The notes under the pieces: model-generated
The model's input: the letters and a program-made list of their open reading frames with translations, nothing else
Told to the model about the DNA's origin: nothing
Database searches by the model: none
Shown here: positions 37,306 to 53,680 of the stretch, one piece after another
Numbering within the stretch: the stretch's first letter is position 1
Layout: each line of letters starts with the position of its first letter
Position numbers and translations under genes: made by a program
Assembly (NCBI RefSeq): GCF_009914755.1
Contig: NC_060929.1
Origin: the human T2T-CHM13v2.0 reference genome, Homo sapiens
Length of the DNA: 64,000 nt
Direction: 5' to 3' (one strand)

Positions 37306-40300
37306 TATAAAACAGTACAAAAAACAATTAGAGATCATAGCACCTTTTAAGCACTCAATAAATAGTTGTATAATGTAAATATGACACAAATTTGTAGGTT
37401 TCCTTTCCTTGACCAAGAAATTTTAGATTCACTCTTGGCAGATCCTGAGAAAGTTTGTAATAAAATCCAGGAATAAAAGTAGTTGATAAATCCAGCGGGG
37501 CCAACCTCTGACATATCCTGACTATGGTAAAGTGTTGCACCTCAATCAGTAAAGATAGAAGTTCTAGTATTTTCCATCCCATTTTCATGTAACTGAATGA
37601 GCCTTACCTGAGCAAGGACTATATGGCCTTCTCATCGTATCTGTGTATTTACCCAGGATTAACATATTTGTGTTGTTAAAGTTAGATTTCATTAACTTTA
37701 TTTCTGCAAACTTATAGGTAAGGTGAACTGCCTTTTAAGAAAAATTAAGTGGGTTGGCAAAATTTGGCAATTATTCTCCTACTTGCATGTTTTCATTAGA
37801 AGTGGTACAGAAGGGTTTTTTTTTCCTGAGGAGTGAAATATAGGTTGTATTTTCCATTTTCTATGGGTTCCTATGATGAAATAATAGGTTTGGATATTAG
37901 CATTTGAATACGTACTTAAAATGCTATACAATGCTATTCCCTCATTGGCACATGCTCTGACTCATTTTACCAGGTTACTGATTACAACCTCAAAGATAAA
38001 ATCGGGTATTATAATGCACTTGAAGGCATTTAGAAAAATATAAGATATTACACATGATAAATAGACAGTATATATATGGATGGTCTAATTTTTAAATATT
38101 TATCTTTATATATAGTTTTGAATATACAGTTTGGTACACAGATAAAAAATTTTTAGGAGTGTTAGATTTTTAGAAGAATTTTTTTTTCTTTATTTGGCAT
38201 CTGGTTTAAGACAGTTGGCATTTTCAACACAATTCAGCATCTCTGATTAGAACTTCAGAAAATTGTAATGTAGATCAGTGATCTATAGTATTTATATGAC
38301 AAGGAGCTTAAAATGAGCCGTTTAGTTTAAATATACATGAATTTTAATTGCTTCTTCAAAGAGAATCATGTTATTTTTGTGTTTCCCTATTATATCTTTT
38401 GTGATACAACTGAAGAAATAACCCAAGGCTCCAATAAAAATGTAAAATATAACTTAACAAAAACTGATTTTTCTTCTGGAGGTACTATTTGCCTCTAGCA
38501 AAAAAAAATAATGTTTTTCTTAACCAATAAATCCTAGTATAGGCACCTGGGGGCAGTAAATCTTCACTATCTACAACTCAAATTCGGGAAATTAATTCTT
38601 TCCAGTAAAAAGCTATCATCAGAAGAGGAAGATAATAGGAACTCCTCACCGTCATTTTTCATTTTAAGAGGAAGTCATCAATTCAGACACTTTGAACAAC
38701 AGAAACAATATTCCCAGTCCCCTTCATTTCGGCAATGGTTCCTTGTTAAAGAAATAGTTAAATCTTTCCTTTGCCTAGACATCGCTTCTTGCTACTTGCA
38801 TTATCTACATAATGGATGTGTTATCAAAGTAATACATAGTTACTTTGCATTTTATGTGCTAAATGAAACATTTGTAACTTCTCGTGAACCGAAATTTGGA
38901 GTGATTGATTTATTATGAACTTGGAAGAGCTTACACTCACTTTAAGAGAACTACATGCATGGATATATTTAATAAATCATATGACACCACTGTTAGTTTG
39001 CTTTGTTATTAATGTCATGTCCACCCCCCACATCCAGTAATTCCTCTCTTGATTTACGCAGTTAAAAATGCTTGAGGCCAGATTGCTAAAACCATAAACA
39101 TATCAGGAATATACATATAATCCTATTATCCCATTTGATCTGATTCAATCTCATCCCCATGAAATAAGGAGATTTAGATTTAGCATGGACTATTCTAAGG
39201 CTCAGAAATATGTGCCATGATAATCAGAGAAGGGGATTTTAAATGATTATTTCAACATATTTTAGCATTTTATCTTTCAGTTTATTAAAAATTGTCTTTG
39301 GTAAGTAAATGATGTTCCCAATAAAGTAGTATCAGCATTATTTTCAATATAGTTATGGCTACTAAACATATTTTCCAGCCAGCATTTCACAAAATAGGTT
39401 CTAGTAAGTATGTGAAATAACGTTGTTTTTGGTATGTAGAGAAGACCTAGTGAGACATTCAGTATGTCTGATTGATTTTTATGCCTCTTGGGTTGCTCAG
39501 AAAATGTGCATCTTGTTTTAGTTTTGAAACAGTGGTCCTTAAAGGCAATACTGGTTTTCCTGTACACTTGTGGGAAACATCTACACTGGTTTGTGGCTGC
39601 CTAGGACATGTCTATCGGGTAGCAACACCATCCCAGTGTTGACCAGGATGAATTTCAGAGAGCAAAGCGGAAGATCCTCTTCTCTGCTCTCAGAGAGCAT
39701 AGCTTTCTCTCAGAGACCACAACGCAGAGGAAAATTAGAAAGAATGATAGATTTTCTGCTTGAAGTGAGGTTTTTATCAGATCTTCATCAGGTTAGACTG
39801 ATCAGAAGATCAATGTGTGGTCTACAGTTTTTGTCTGCATTAAATTACACATTATTTCATGTGCTGTTGTTTTAAATTATTTCCTCCTTCCCAATCTAGT
39901 GATATGAATATGCTTTATTTCCTAAAGCCATTAAATCTCTAATATGAGGTTTCCTTCCTATGTTTCCACATTTATCAAATGCCCAGCCTTTAAATTTTTT
40001 AAGTGGCAGTGGAAATTCTAAATTATCATAGTTTATATAATTGAGAGAATTTTTTTCTCTCAGATAATATAATAGAAGAGTCTCCACATTGACCTGGATT
40101 AGAATAAGCAGATGGGCATTTTCTAAAATTTCTTTTGCAGTTTTTAAACAATTAGCTTTAGTTACAAAAGAAGTTGCAAGTTTTTGTCTATCTAGTCAGA
40201 TAAAGTGGATGGGTGAGATAATTGTCTGATAAGATAAGCAATGACCACCCTAACCCCCTTATAGGTACAGACATGCAGGTTTTTTGACCTGATTTAATTG

Positions 40301-42389
40301 AAATCTAAATATCTAAATGGATCACATTCAGTAGATGAACACTATAATTTGTGCTTCACTATGCATTTTCAGACAGGTCAAGTGGGAGGACCAAAGCAAA
40401 ACATAGAAAGCTTCTCCCCTAGGATTTGCCTACCTACTCTCTTAGGTAACTTAGTCTTTTTTACTGAGCTCTTTTAAAGAAGATGCTTGCTGTTAAAATA
40501 CTTCTTTTATTTAAAGAGGCATGTAACCAGGCCAGTGGAAAATTCAAGCGTGGTCCCTAGGCATGTGATAGCTTCAAAGGACTGGTGGTCCCCAGAGACT
40601 GAATTTTCAACTTTGTTAGGCCAGAAACTCAATTCCATTATTAAACATAGATTTGATCTTACTCAGGGGAGCTGACTCATGCTAATGAAACTCATAAGAG
40701 ACTTATCATGAGCCAGAAGGTGAGTTCATAATTAATTCATAATTAGAAATAGATCTGCGAAGAGGAAGGAAATACAGCTGGTCAGCACATTCTCTCCCAG
40801 AAAGAAAATTTACTTGCAAATGCAAAAAGGTGGCTTGGTGGCTACAGAGCCAGTGGAAAGAGGGCTGAATAATATTAGTGGACAGTTTTATGTATTTACA
40901 CTATTTTCATATTCCATTTTCCTTACAGAAAACAGACCGTGATTTTCCTTTTCACAGCATGGAGTACCTTCTAAGCTTAAAAGACACTAACCCAAGTTTG
41001 CTCTTTGGATCATTTTAAAGTCAGTTTTATTACAGTATAATTGAATGACTAATATTTCTTTACATGAACATGTTATGTTTAGAGCATCTTGTGAATATAG
41101 CTTGATCTTTTTGATGGAGACTAGAAGAAACTTCATTTCAACAAGCAATAACATATTTACAAATCATTTCTAAGAATGAGTTCCTACAAGAGTGACTAGT
41201 TTCTCATTTTACAATGATTTTAATTACTTTCAATCTCAGAGTATACACTCTCCTAACTTAGGTGTCATATCTTGGAAGAGACACTAATATTTTATAAACA
41301 TTTATGTTGACATGACTATTCTGTATCAATAATCAACCCCACTGGAAAATGAAATATTAATCAATGCTCTTCTTATATACTTTAAGGCATTGCAAAGAAA
41401 TGCCTTAAAGTATATAAGAGCATACTGGGGTTCTTGCTATCTTCAGATATTTTGTGATGTTTGTCCCGCAGCACCCATGTGACATACGATAGAGAAAAGA
41501 ACAGAAGTGTCCAGTGTGGAGAGTTTAAGTTTCTTTCCCTGGCTGGTGATACATTCCATGTGTGTTCAATGGGCACTGACTATTAGTGAGATAATACTGA
41601 TAAGGTGAGGATAGAAAGGAATGACAACTTTAATTCCTACTCACAAGAAACTGACAAATATATAATGCAAATTTTGTTCAATAAAAATACAAATATAATT
41701 AAAACTAGTAAAAATATAATTTTCTCTCTTTTGGGTGACTTAGAAGGAATCCTAGAGGCTGTGTCATGAATATACATTATCACCCTAGGCAGTAGCAATC
41801 TAATATACATTAGATAGCATGCTACATTTAAAAACGTGATACAGAAAATCAAGGGGAGAGAGAGAAAGAGAGAGAAGAAGGTAATTCTATTAGTAGGCAG
41901 CTTAATGGCAAGTTCTAGCACATTCACAGGTAATTTATAAATTAAAATGTATAAATTATAAATTGAGAAACACCAATAAATTCCAAGAAATTTAGTTCTG
42001 TCTTATAAAAAGATTATGTTTAAAAAATAAAAAAATTAACATTTTTTTGAAATTTGATGGGCTTACAGAAAATGAGATGATTAAAATACATTTGACCTTA
42101 ATTTTGATCAGAATTTCCTTAATCATAATAAAAGTTTTGCTGAAGTTTATATTTAATATTTTATGAAATAATATTTTGGAAATAATTCCTGATTTTTTAA
42201 AAATGCCATACAATCTAGTGCTGGGGTTTTATTTAGCTATTTAGGTTTAATAAATTTTTACCACGGATAATTGTAGTATGTGAATCTGATTTTGTTTTAA
42301 CCACACAGCTAAGAATTTTAAAAGAGAGATTATTTTTAATTCTTGCAAATTCTTCTTACATATTCAGGCTTAAAACACAATCATGCCTA

Positions 42390-42942
42390 ACACATATATA
42401 TCTAATATATATATCTAATATATATATATAATATATATAAACTACGAATTTCTTTGTAAACACTACCTTAGCTGTATTCCACATATTTTACATATTTTGC
42501 TTTCATTTTCATTCATGTCAAAATATTTTAAAAATATATACACATATAAAAATATGAGAGCCATTTTATATGTATGTTTATATATAAACATATACATATG
42601 TTTATATATGTATATATATAAACATATATATACATATATACATATATAATACATATATAATACATATATATACATATATATACATATATAAACCATTTTT
42701 ATATACATACATACATATATACATTTTATATACATACATATATAAAGCCATTTTATCTGTATTGTTATATACATATAAAATATACAGATATATATACATA
42801 CATATAAAATTATTTTCCATTAATAATAGAGCCCAGAGGATAAACATTTTACACATATACAGTATGTATTTAGATATGTAACTATTTATATGTATAAATA
42901 CTTTCATATATATTTATATACATGAATACATATAAATACATA
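42390..42942. repeat. Degenerate (TA)n/(TACA)n low-complexity tract with an embedded ~90-bp L1M-like insert
   Basis: Seen directly: ATATAT/ACATAT runs from 42390 to 42942, interrupted at 42439-42530. Confidence 0.93.
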
Positions 42943-44009
42943 TAGTCTGTCCTCTGGCCTCTTCTATTAATGGAGAGCCATTTGGTAGTTGTAATAAAGC
43001 AAATACTTCCATCCATACTCTGTTTTAGTGAGGGTGGATGTCCTTTCCCAGAGGAAAGGACAAGCAAAGGTTGGACCTGACAGTTCACACTCCTGGCAAC
43101 CCACACTATCAGAGTTTCGCTCCCACACCTGCTTGCCGCATCCCTAACCCCAGCTCTGTGATATTAGCGGCTGCTGTTGGCATCTCTCCAATGTAAGGCA
43201 TTTCAAGTTTTGGGGTGAAAAGTCTTTTAGATAATAGAAGTGTTGTAGTGAATATGCGCTTTAGAAAAGAAAGTAGAAAGGAGTATGAAACAGCTTTCCC
43301 TATCCTGTCTGATTCATTCTATAATCAGCAAAAAGTGCATGAGGAAACTCAACAAATGGTTCTATTTACTCTTGTCTTCTTTACGTTCCACTCTCCAAAA
43401 TCGTAAGAATACCTTTGTGTAAATTTTGCTCTTATTCAGGTAAAATATGTTTAAAAATCTGATGCGTGGGAAGTGGTCTGGTTTAAAAGAATTCAATAAC
43501 ATCAACAACATTTTAACCCTCTGCTATAAGTGTGTACAACTCTGTCACTGTGCTTATTGTTTTATGTGATCTGGACTTAAATTGGGTCCTCATACTACTG
43601 TATACATTTTCATCAAGGTCAGAGAGACAGTGACTTCTAAATAGAATGATATCTCCCTTTCTTCTTAGTTCTGGACTGTAGAATTCTGCTCAGGTTGCAT
43701 GAATCAGCCAATGCTGATTAAACATCTATTTGAAGAGTGAGTACAAATCTTCACACTTGGGCTTGGACTAAGGAAAAAATATTTATAAATTCATACACAG
43801 CAGAATGACCAACTCTGGATACAGGGACACTCTTTTTTTCCTCAGTATTACAATTGCAGTTTGATATTTTTAATCAATATCTCATTTTTTATATTGCATC
43901 CAATTTAGGAGAAAGAAAATAATTTGTATTGATTAAAAACTCTTTCACTCTCTTCTTCAAACAGAAGGAAAAGTTGTTGGCAACACAACGGACTGCATCT
44001 AGAAAATAA

Positions 44010-44315
44010 TTTATTATTATTATTATTATTATATCATTATTTTTGAGACGGAGTTTACCTCTTGTCACCCAGGCTGGTGTGCAGTGGCCAGAATTCAGTT
44101 CACTGCAACTTTCAACCGCCGGGTTCAAGCGATTCTCCTGTCTCAGCCTCCCTAGTAGCTAGTAGCCTGCCACCACCTCTGGCTAATTTTTGTATTTTTA
44201 GTAGAGATGGCTTTCGCTATATTGGCAAGGCTGGTCTCGATCTCTTGACCTCAGGTGATCCGCCCATCTCTGCCTTCAAAAGTGCTGGATTACAGGTGTG
44301 AGCCACCTTGCCTGC
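44010..44315 (-). mobile_element. Alu (AluS-type) with a tail decayed to (TTA)n
   Basis: TTTTGAGACGGAGTTT..CTCTTGTCACCCAGGCTGG...GGGTTCAAGCGATTCTCCTG...TTTTTGTATTTTTAGTAGAGA...GACCTCAGGTGATCCGCCC...TACAGGTGTGAGCCACC. Confidence 0.97.
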
Positions 44316-44479
44316 AATGATGATGTTGCAGGTAAAGCAGAGAAAGAGGAAATGGAAAGGAAAATGAGATAAATTAAAAGTTGTTGACGGCATAAGATTT
44401 GCTGGTGGAGATAAAAGTGTGCACACACTCAAAATTTTGTGCCAGGCAGATAGAGAGAGGTTAGGGCCTAAAACACATT

Positions 44480-44692
44480 GCTTTGCTTATCCACTGCTCT
44501 TTAAAACTCTGTCTAAATTAGTGGCTGAAAACAACTGACTAGTCCTCCCTTGAGATACGTCCTGTAGTTGTGATCGTGGCAACTGGATCTGGAGCCATTT
44601 GCTGGCTGTGGGCTGGGCATCCAAGATGGCTTCTTTTCACACGTCTCAGGGTTTTTCTAGTGCTTCACTTTCCAGCAGAAAAGTCTGGGTCC
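44480..44692 (-). mobile_element. MLT1-type (ERVL-MaLR) LTR, first part
   Basis: TTAGTGGCTGAAAACAAC, GGCTGTGGGCTGGG and CATCCAAGATGGCTTCTTTTCACACGTCT resemble an antisense MLT1 LTR. Confidence 0.6.
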
Positions 44693-44870
44693 TTTGTTTG
44701 TTTGTTTGTTTCTTAAAATAACTTTACTGGGCTATAGTTTATATATCAAAAATATCATCTATTTTGAAAGTACAAGTCAACTATTTTTAGCAGAAAATTA
44801 TAATTATACAAAAATCACCACAACCAAGTTTTCAAATATTTTAATCATCTCAACAACTTCCTGCGAGCCT
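44693..44870 (-). mobile_element. Old L1 (L1MB/L1MC-like) 3' end
   Basis: (TTTG)n tail then AACTTTACTGGGCTATAGTTTATATATCAAAAAT..AAAGTACAAGTCAA..TTTTTAG..ATCACCACAACCAAGTTTT..ATTTTAATCATCTCAA, typical of an antisense L1M 3'UTR. Confidence 0.72.
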
Positions 44871-44929
44871 GTTTTCTTAGGGAGGAAGCCAAGTTTATTA
44901 TTTTGAGAGTTTTTTATTGATACAGATGT

Positions 44930-45455
44930 TTCAAACTATAAATTTCTTTGTAAACACCACTTCAGCTGTATTCCACACATTTTACATATGTTGCTTTCAT
45001 TTTCATTCAGCTCAGAATATTTTTAAAAAGTTTCCTGCAATTTTTTCTTTGACTCTTGGGTTATTTAGAAGTCTTGTTTAATTGTTAAATATTTGTGTGT
45101 TTTTCAGTGGTTTCTGTTGTAAAGCTCTAATTTCATTCTGTTTTCATCAGAGAGCTTATTTTGTGTTATCGCAGTCTTTTAAAATTTATGGGCTTGTTTT
45201 GCAGCTGGTAGTTTTGTAGAAAAGAATGTGTATTCTACAATCACTGGATGGAATATTCTGTAAATGTCAGTGTGTCCCTTTGGCTGATTGAGTTGCTCAA
45301 GTCATCCTCTCTGTTATTCTGTCAGTTATTGAAAACACGCTATTGAAACTCCCCACTATTATTGTTGAAATGTCCGTTCTTTCAACTTGGTCAGTCTTCA
45401 TTTCAGGGCTCCAATTTTTGTGACTCTGCTGTCCTGCTTGTGTAAGTTTATAGTT
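44930..45455 (-). mobile_element. Old L1M ORF2 (5' part) fragment
   Basis: GGGTTATTTAGAAGT, AAAAGAATGTGTATTCT, GGAATATTCTGTAAATGTCAGT and TTGAAACTCCCCACTATTATTGT are visibly homologous to the younger L1 in this window at ~48560-49060. Confidence 0.8.
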
Positions 45456-45696
45456 CGTATCTCTGATGCTTTTTTTATTTTTTTTATTTTTATTTTATTT
45501 TAAGTTTTAGGGTCCATGGGCACAACGTGCAGGTTTGTTACATATATATACATGTGCCATGTTGGTGTGCAGCACCCATTAACACGTCATTTAACATTAG
45601 GTATATCTCCTAATGCTATCCCTTCCCCCTCCCCCCACCCCACAACAGACCCCAGTGTGTGACGTTCCCCTTCCTGTGTCCATGTGTTTTCATTGT

Positions 45697-49465
<3,769 letters not shown>

Positions 49466-49528
49466 CATGATGTTAGCTGGTTATTTTGCTCATTAGTTGA
49501 TGCAGTTTCTTCCTAGCCTCGATCATCT

Positions 49529-50540
49529 TTATAATTTGCCATGTTTTTGTGGCTGGTACCAGTCGTTCCTTTCCATGTTTAGTGCTTCCTTCCAGAGCTC
49601 TTTTAGGGCAGGCCTGGTGGTGACAAAATCTCTCAGCATTTGCTTGTCTGTAAACGATTTTATTTCTCCTTCCCTTATGAAACTTAGTTTGGCTGGATAT
49701 GAAACTCTGCATTGAAAATTCTTTTATTTAAGATCATCGAATATTGGCCCCCATTTTCTTCTGGCTTGTAGAGTTTCTGCGGAGAGATCAGCTGTTAGTC
49801 TGATGGACTTCCCTTTGCGGGTAACCTGACCTTTCTGTCTGGTTGCCCTTCACAATTTTTCCTTCATTTCAACTTTGGTGAATCTGATAATTTTTGTCTT
49901 GCATTTCTCTTCTCGAGTCTTATCTTTGTGGTGTTCTCTGTATTTCCTGAATTTCAATGTTGTCCTGCCTTGCTAGATTGGGGAAGGGCTCCTGGATAAT
50001 ATCCTGCAGAGTGTTTTCCAACTTGGTTCCATTCTCTGCATCACTTTCAGGTACACCAATCAGATGTAGATTTTGTCTTTTCACATAGTCCCATGTTTCT
50101 TGGAGGCTTTGTTCATTTCTTTTTATTCTTTTTTCTCTCAACTTCTCTTCTCGCTGGATTTCATTCATTTGATCTTCCATCACTGATACTCTTTCTTCCA
50201 GTTGATCAAATCAGCTACGGAAGCTTGTGCATTCATCACATAGTTCTCGTGCCATGGTTTTCAGCTCCACCAGGTCCTTTAAGGACTTGTGTGTATTGGT
50301 TATTCTAGTTAGCCATTCGTCTAATCTTTTTTCAAGGTTTTTAACTTCTTTGCCATGGTTTCGAACTTCCTCCTTTAGCTCGGAGTAGTTTGATCATCTG
50401 AAGCCTTCTTCTCTCAACTCGTCAAAGTCATTAACCATCCAGTATTGTTCCAATGCTGGTGAGGAGCTGCATTCCTTTGGAGGAGGAGAGGCAGTCTGAT
50501 TTTTAAAATTTTCAGTTTTTCTCCTCTGTTTTTTCCCCAT
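49529..50540 (-). pseudogene. LINE-1 ORF1p, disrupted
   Basis: MGKKQRRKTENFKNQTASPPPKECSSSPA and KRIKRNEQSLQETWDYVKRQNLHLIGVPESD occur in separate ORF fragments. Terminal TAA at 49529-49531 on the minus strand. Confidence 0.95.
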
Positions 50541-51562
50541 CTTTATGGTTTTATCTACCTTCGGTCTTTGATGATGATGATGACGTATAAATCGGTTTTG
50601 GTGTGGATGTCCTTCCTGTTTGTTAGTTTCCCAACAGTCAGGACCCTCAGCTGCAAGTCTGTTGGATTTTGCTGGAGGTCCACTCCAGATACTGTTTGCC
50701 TGGATATCAGCAGCAGAGGCTGCAGAACAGCGGGTATTGGTGACCAGCAAATGTTGCTGCCAGATTGTTCCTCTGGAAGTTTTGTCTCAGAAGAGTACCT
50801 TGTCGTGTGAGGTGTCAGTCTGCTGCTACTGGGGGTTGCCACCCAGTTGGGCTTTTTGGGGTTCAGGGACCCACTTGAGGAAGCTGTCTGTTCTCAGATC
50901 TGCAGCTGCATGCTGGGAGAAGCACTACTTTCTTCAAAAGTGTCAGACAGGGACATTTAAGTCTGCAGAGGTTTCTGCTGCCTTTTGTTTTGTTATGCCC
51001 TGCCCCCAGAGGTGGAGTCTACTGATGCAGGCAGGCCTCCCTGAACTGTGTTGGGCTCCACCCAGTTCGAGCTTCCAGGCTGCTTTGTTTACTTACTCAA
51101 GCCTCGGCAATGGCGGGCGTCCCTCCCCAAGCCTCGCTGCCACCTTGCTGTTCGAACTCAGACTGCTGTGGTAGCAATGAGTGAGGCTCCATGGGCATAG
51201 GACCCTCCAAACCAGGTACAGGATGTAATCTCCTGATGTGCCATTTGCTAAGACCATCAGAAAAGTGCAGTATTAGGGTGAGAGTGACCCGATTTTCCAG
51301 GTGCCATCCATCACTCCTTTCCTTGGCTAGGAAAAGGAATTCTCTGACCCATTGTGCTTCCTGGGTGAGGTGATGTCTCGCCCTGCTTTGGCTCAGGCTC
51401 AGTGCCCTGACCCCACTCTCCTGCACCCAGTTTCCAACACTCCCCAGTGATATGCACACAGCACCTCAGTTGGAAATGAAGAAATCACACATCTTCTGCA
51501 TTGCTCACGCTGGGAGCTGTAGACTGGAGCTGTTCCTATTCGGCCATCTTGGCCCCACCTCC
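50541..51562 (-). promoter_or_regulatory. L1 5'UTR internal promoter with intact YY1 motif; CpG-decayed
   Basis: CAAGATGGCC on the minus strand (plus strand GGCCATCTTG, 51542-51551). Many positions that are CpG in the consensus read TG/CA here. Confidence 0.85.
51110..51373 (+). pseudogene. L1 antisense ORF0 homologue with a premature stop
   Basis: ATG at 51110 gives MAGVPPQASLPPCCSNSDCCGSNE* (TGA at 51182). The same frame continues GSMGIGPSKPGTGCNLLMCHLLRPSEKCSIRVRVTRFSRC, matching primate ORF0 (MAGAPPPASLPPC...RVGVTRFSRC). Confidence 0.85.
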
Positions 51563-51571
51563 TATCTGTGA

Positions 51572-51740
51572 TTCTTCTTATATTACAACTTAGGTTCCAA
51601 GAAGCATAAAGCTAAAGATTAGGTCTTGAACTGACACAGTAGCAATTCTATCTTAGTGTGTTGGTCAGAGAAGTCACAGGCCAGTCATATATGAAGGACT
51701 GCAGGGATAGTCCCCATCTTTCAATGAGGGAGGTTCTTGC
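51572..51740 (-). mobile_element. MLT1-type LTR, second part
   Basis: TTCTTATATTACAACTTAGGTTCCAAG...TTGGTCAGAGAAGTCACAGGCCAG...ATAGTCCCCATCTTTCAATGAGG resembles the continuation of the MLT1 at 44480-44692. Confidence 0.6.
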
Positions 51741-51944
51741 ATAAAGAGAGAACGAATTGTATTTTTGGATACAAGCTATTTTTAGATATGTATCTTGAGG
51801 CTTTTTACTGTACATTTATTGTAGGTGTTAAGGGCTGATGGAACTTTTTCCTGCTACTGTTTGGTGTTTCATTTACTTCAATTAGAATTTTGTTTATGTG
51901 GGAACAAAAAGAAATGGCCAGAGGCAGTTAAAGTCATCTAGGAC

Positions 51945-52107
51945 CTTGCTACTCAAAGTGTGGTCCAAGATGAGAAATATGAGCATCAAGTTGGAGCTTT
52001 CTATCAAATGTAGAATCGCAGGCCCTAATCCAGACTTGCCAAGTCAGAATCTGCATTAACAAGACCCACGGTAGATTCATATGCACATTAAAGTTCAAGA
52101 AGCACCA
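51945..52107. mobile_element. MER5-family (MER5B-like) hAT-Charlie MITE
   Basis: TGCTACTCAAAGTGTGGTCC...TCAGAATCTGCATTAACAAGA...GATTCATATGCACATTAAAGTTCAAGAAGCAC, with degenerate terminal inverted repeats. Confidence 0.85.
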
Positions 52108-52355
52108 GTCCAAGATTCCTCATAGGTTGGACAAAATCATTATTATTCAAAGAATGGATTTATTACTCTTTTTGTGGTAATACTTGGATCATTGGTACTT
52201 AGAAATCTTGCCATTTAATAACGTATCTACAAAAAGTGAATTTTACTCATTTATAAAACGCAATTGCTTCCTTGGTGATTTATATCCTAGGAAACTTATT
52301 TCAGTCCAAACCATACTGTACACTATGAAGTGATCATTACTATTTTCTCTAAGTT

Positions 52356-52381
52356 TCTCTCTCTCTCTCCGTATACATGCA

Positions 52382-52435
<54 letters not shown>

Positions 52436-52452
52436 GTATAATGTGTGTACAT
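52356..52452. repeat. Compound microsatellite (TC)n-(TG)n-(TA)n
   Basis: Seen directly in the sequence. Confidence 0.95.
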
Positions 52453-52885
52453 ATAGTCCTTAAGTATTGGTTACCTGTTATACAAGAATGAAATTGATTG
52501 AGAAATTGTATAGGTATTGAAATCGTTAATCATGAGAGGTTTTATGTTCTTGACGGCATTCGATGCATTACAAATTACTGTCTCATTCATATTGTTTCAT
52601 TTTGCAAAGGTGGAAAATGTTTTTGAGGATACATTTTAAAAGTAAGAACAGCAGCCATAGGCTGTAAAAGCAAGTATTTCTTAGAATCATTGTTTATGTT
52701 TAACTGTAACACAAGACTTAGAGTCAAGTAATAAGGCTGCCACTTACTTAAGCTGTGATTAATAATGACTAAACAGCTCTTAAAGACACCAAGTTACAAT
52801 TGTTTCCTTCATCTCTGTTCTTGAAGTATTACATTTAAACCTGCTTTGGATAGTCTTACTTAAGTTCTGTTGTTTTAACAAATGA

Positions 52886-53188
52886 TTTTTTTTGTTATTG
52901 TTTGTTTGTTTTTTGAGACAGGTCTCCCTCCATTGCCCAGGCTGGTGTGTAGCAGTGGGATCACGGAGCACTGCAACGTTGACCTTTCAGGCTCAGGTGA
53001 TTCTCCAACCTCAGCCTACAGAGTAGCTGGAACTGCAGGTCACACCACCATGCACAGGTAATTTTTTTTAGCGATGGAATGTTTCTATGTTGCCCAGGCT
53101 GGTCTCAAACTCCTGGGCACAAATGATCCTCCCCCCTTAGCCTCCAAAAGTAGTGAGATTAGAGGTGTTTTGAACCACCGTGCCTACC
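52886..53188 (-). mobile_element. Alu (AluJ-type), diverged
   Basis: GAGACAGGTCTC..GCCCAGGCTGG..GATCACGG..CACTGCA..GGCTCAGGTGATTCTCC..CTATGTTGCCCAGGCTGGTCTCAAACTCCTGGGC..TGATCCTCCC carries J-type diagnostic bases. Confidence 0.93.
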
Positions 53189-53574
53189 ATAAATAATATC
53201 TTTTATAAAAAGCCAATGATGAATATTACATTTACCATCTTTTTTTAAGTAAAAAGCATCAGCAACAATAGAACAGTGTGGCTGTATGGATTGTTTTGCC
53301 TTGAACACAGTTCTGCCTTAACACATAGCAACAATCTTTATATTGGGTTCTAAGTTTCCGATAATTGGGTTTAAATAAGGAAATGATAAAATCACAGTAT
53401 ATTTGAGCAAAATCTTATTCAAACACTTTATTGTAATCTTAGATTGAGTTATATAGCAAATGCACAATACATTTCTTAGTATAGCAGGAAGAACCTAAAG
53501 GGAAAATCAAAGACTTACTGATTCACTAGCAGGTATTAAGTAGTTACATGGGTATGTTTTTTTGGATGCTTATT

Positions 53575-53680
53575 ATCTCAATACCTGGAAGAAAGTAAAT
53601 GCCCATGAATCATTAAGTGAATAAATAAACAACTGAATAATCATGAGTAAATAATGATGAGTAAGGAAATGGATGGAAGA
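53575..53680 (+). mobile_element. Possible L2 3' tail
   Basis: CAATACCTGGAAGAAAGTAAATGCCCATGAATCATTAAGTGAATAAATAAA followed by TGAA-like repeats resembles the L2 end (CAGTGCCTGGCACATAGTAGGTGCTCAATAAAT..TGAATGAA). Confidence 0.4.

Noticed and set aside
39277-40087. ORFs of 63-101 aa in unique sequence, including 39570-39875
   Set aside because: No recognisable domain, non-ATG starts, and lengths in the random range.
42463-43106. Tyr/Ile/Met-rich ORFs of ~75-100 aa
   Set aside because: They are mostly translations of the (TA)n low-complexity tract.
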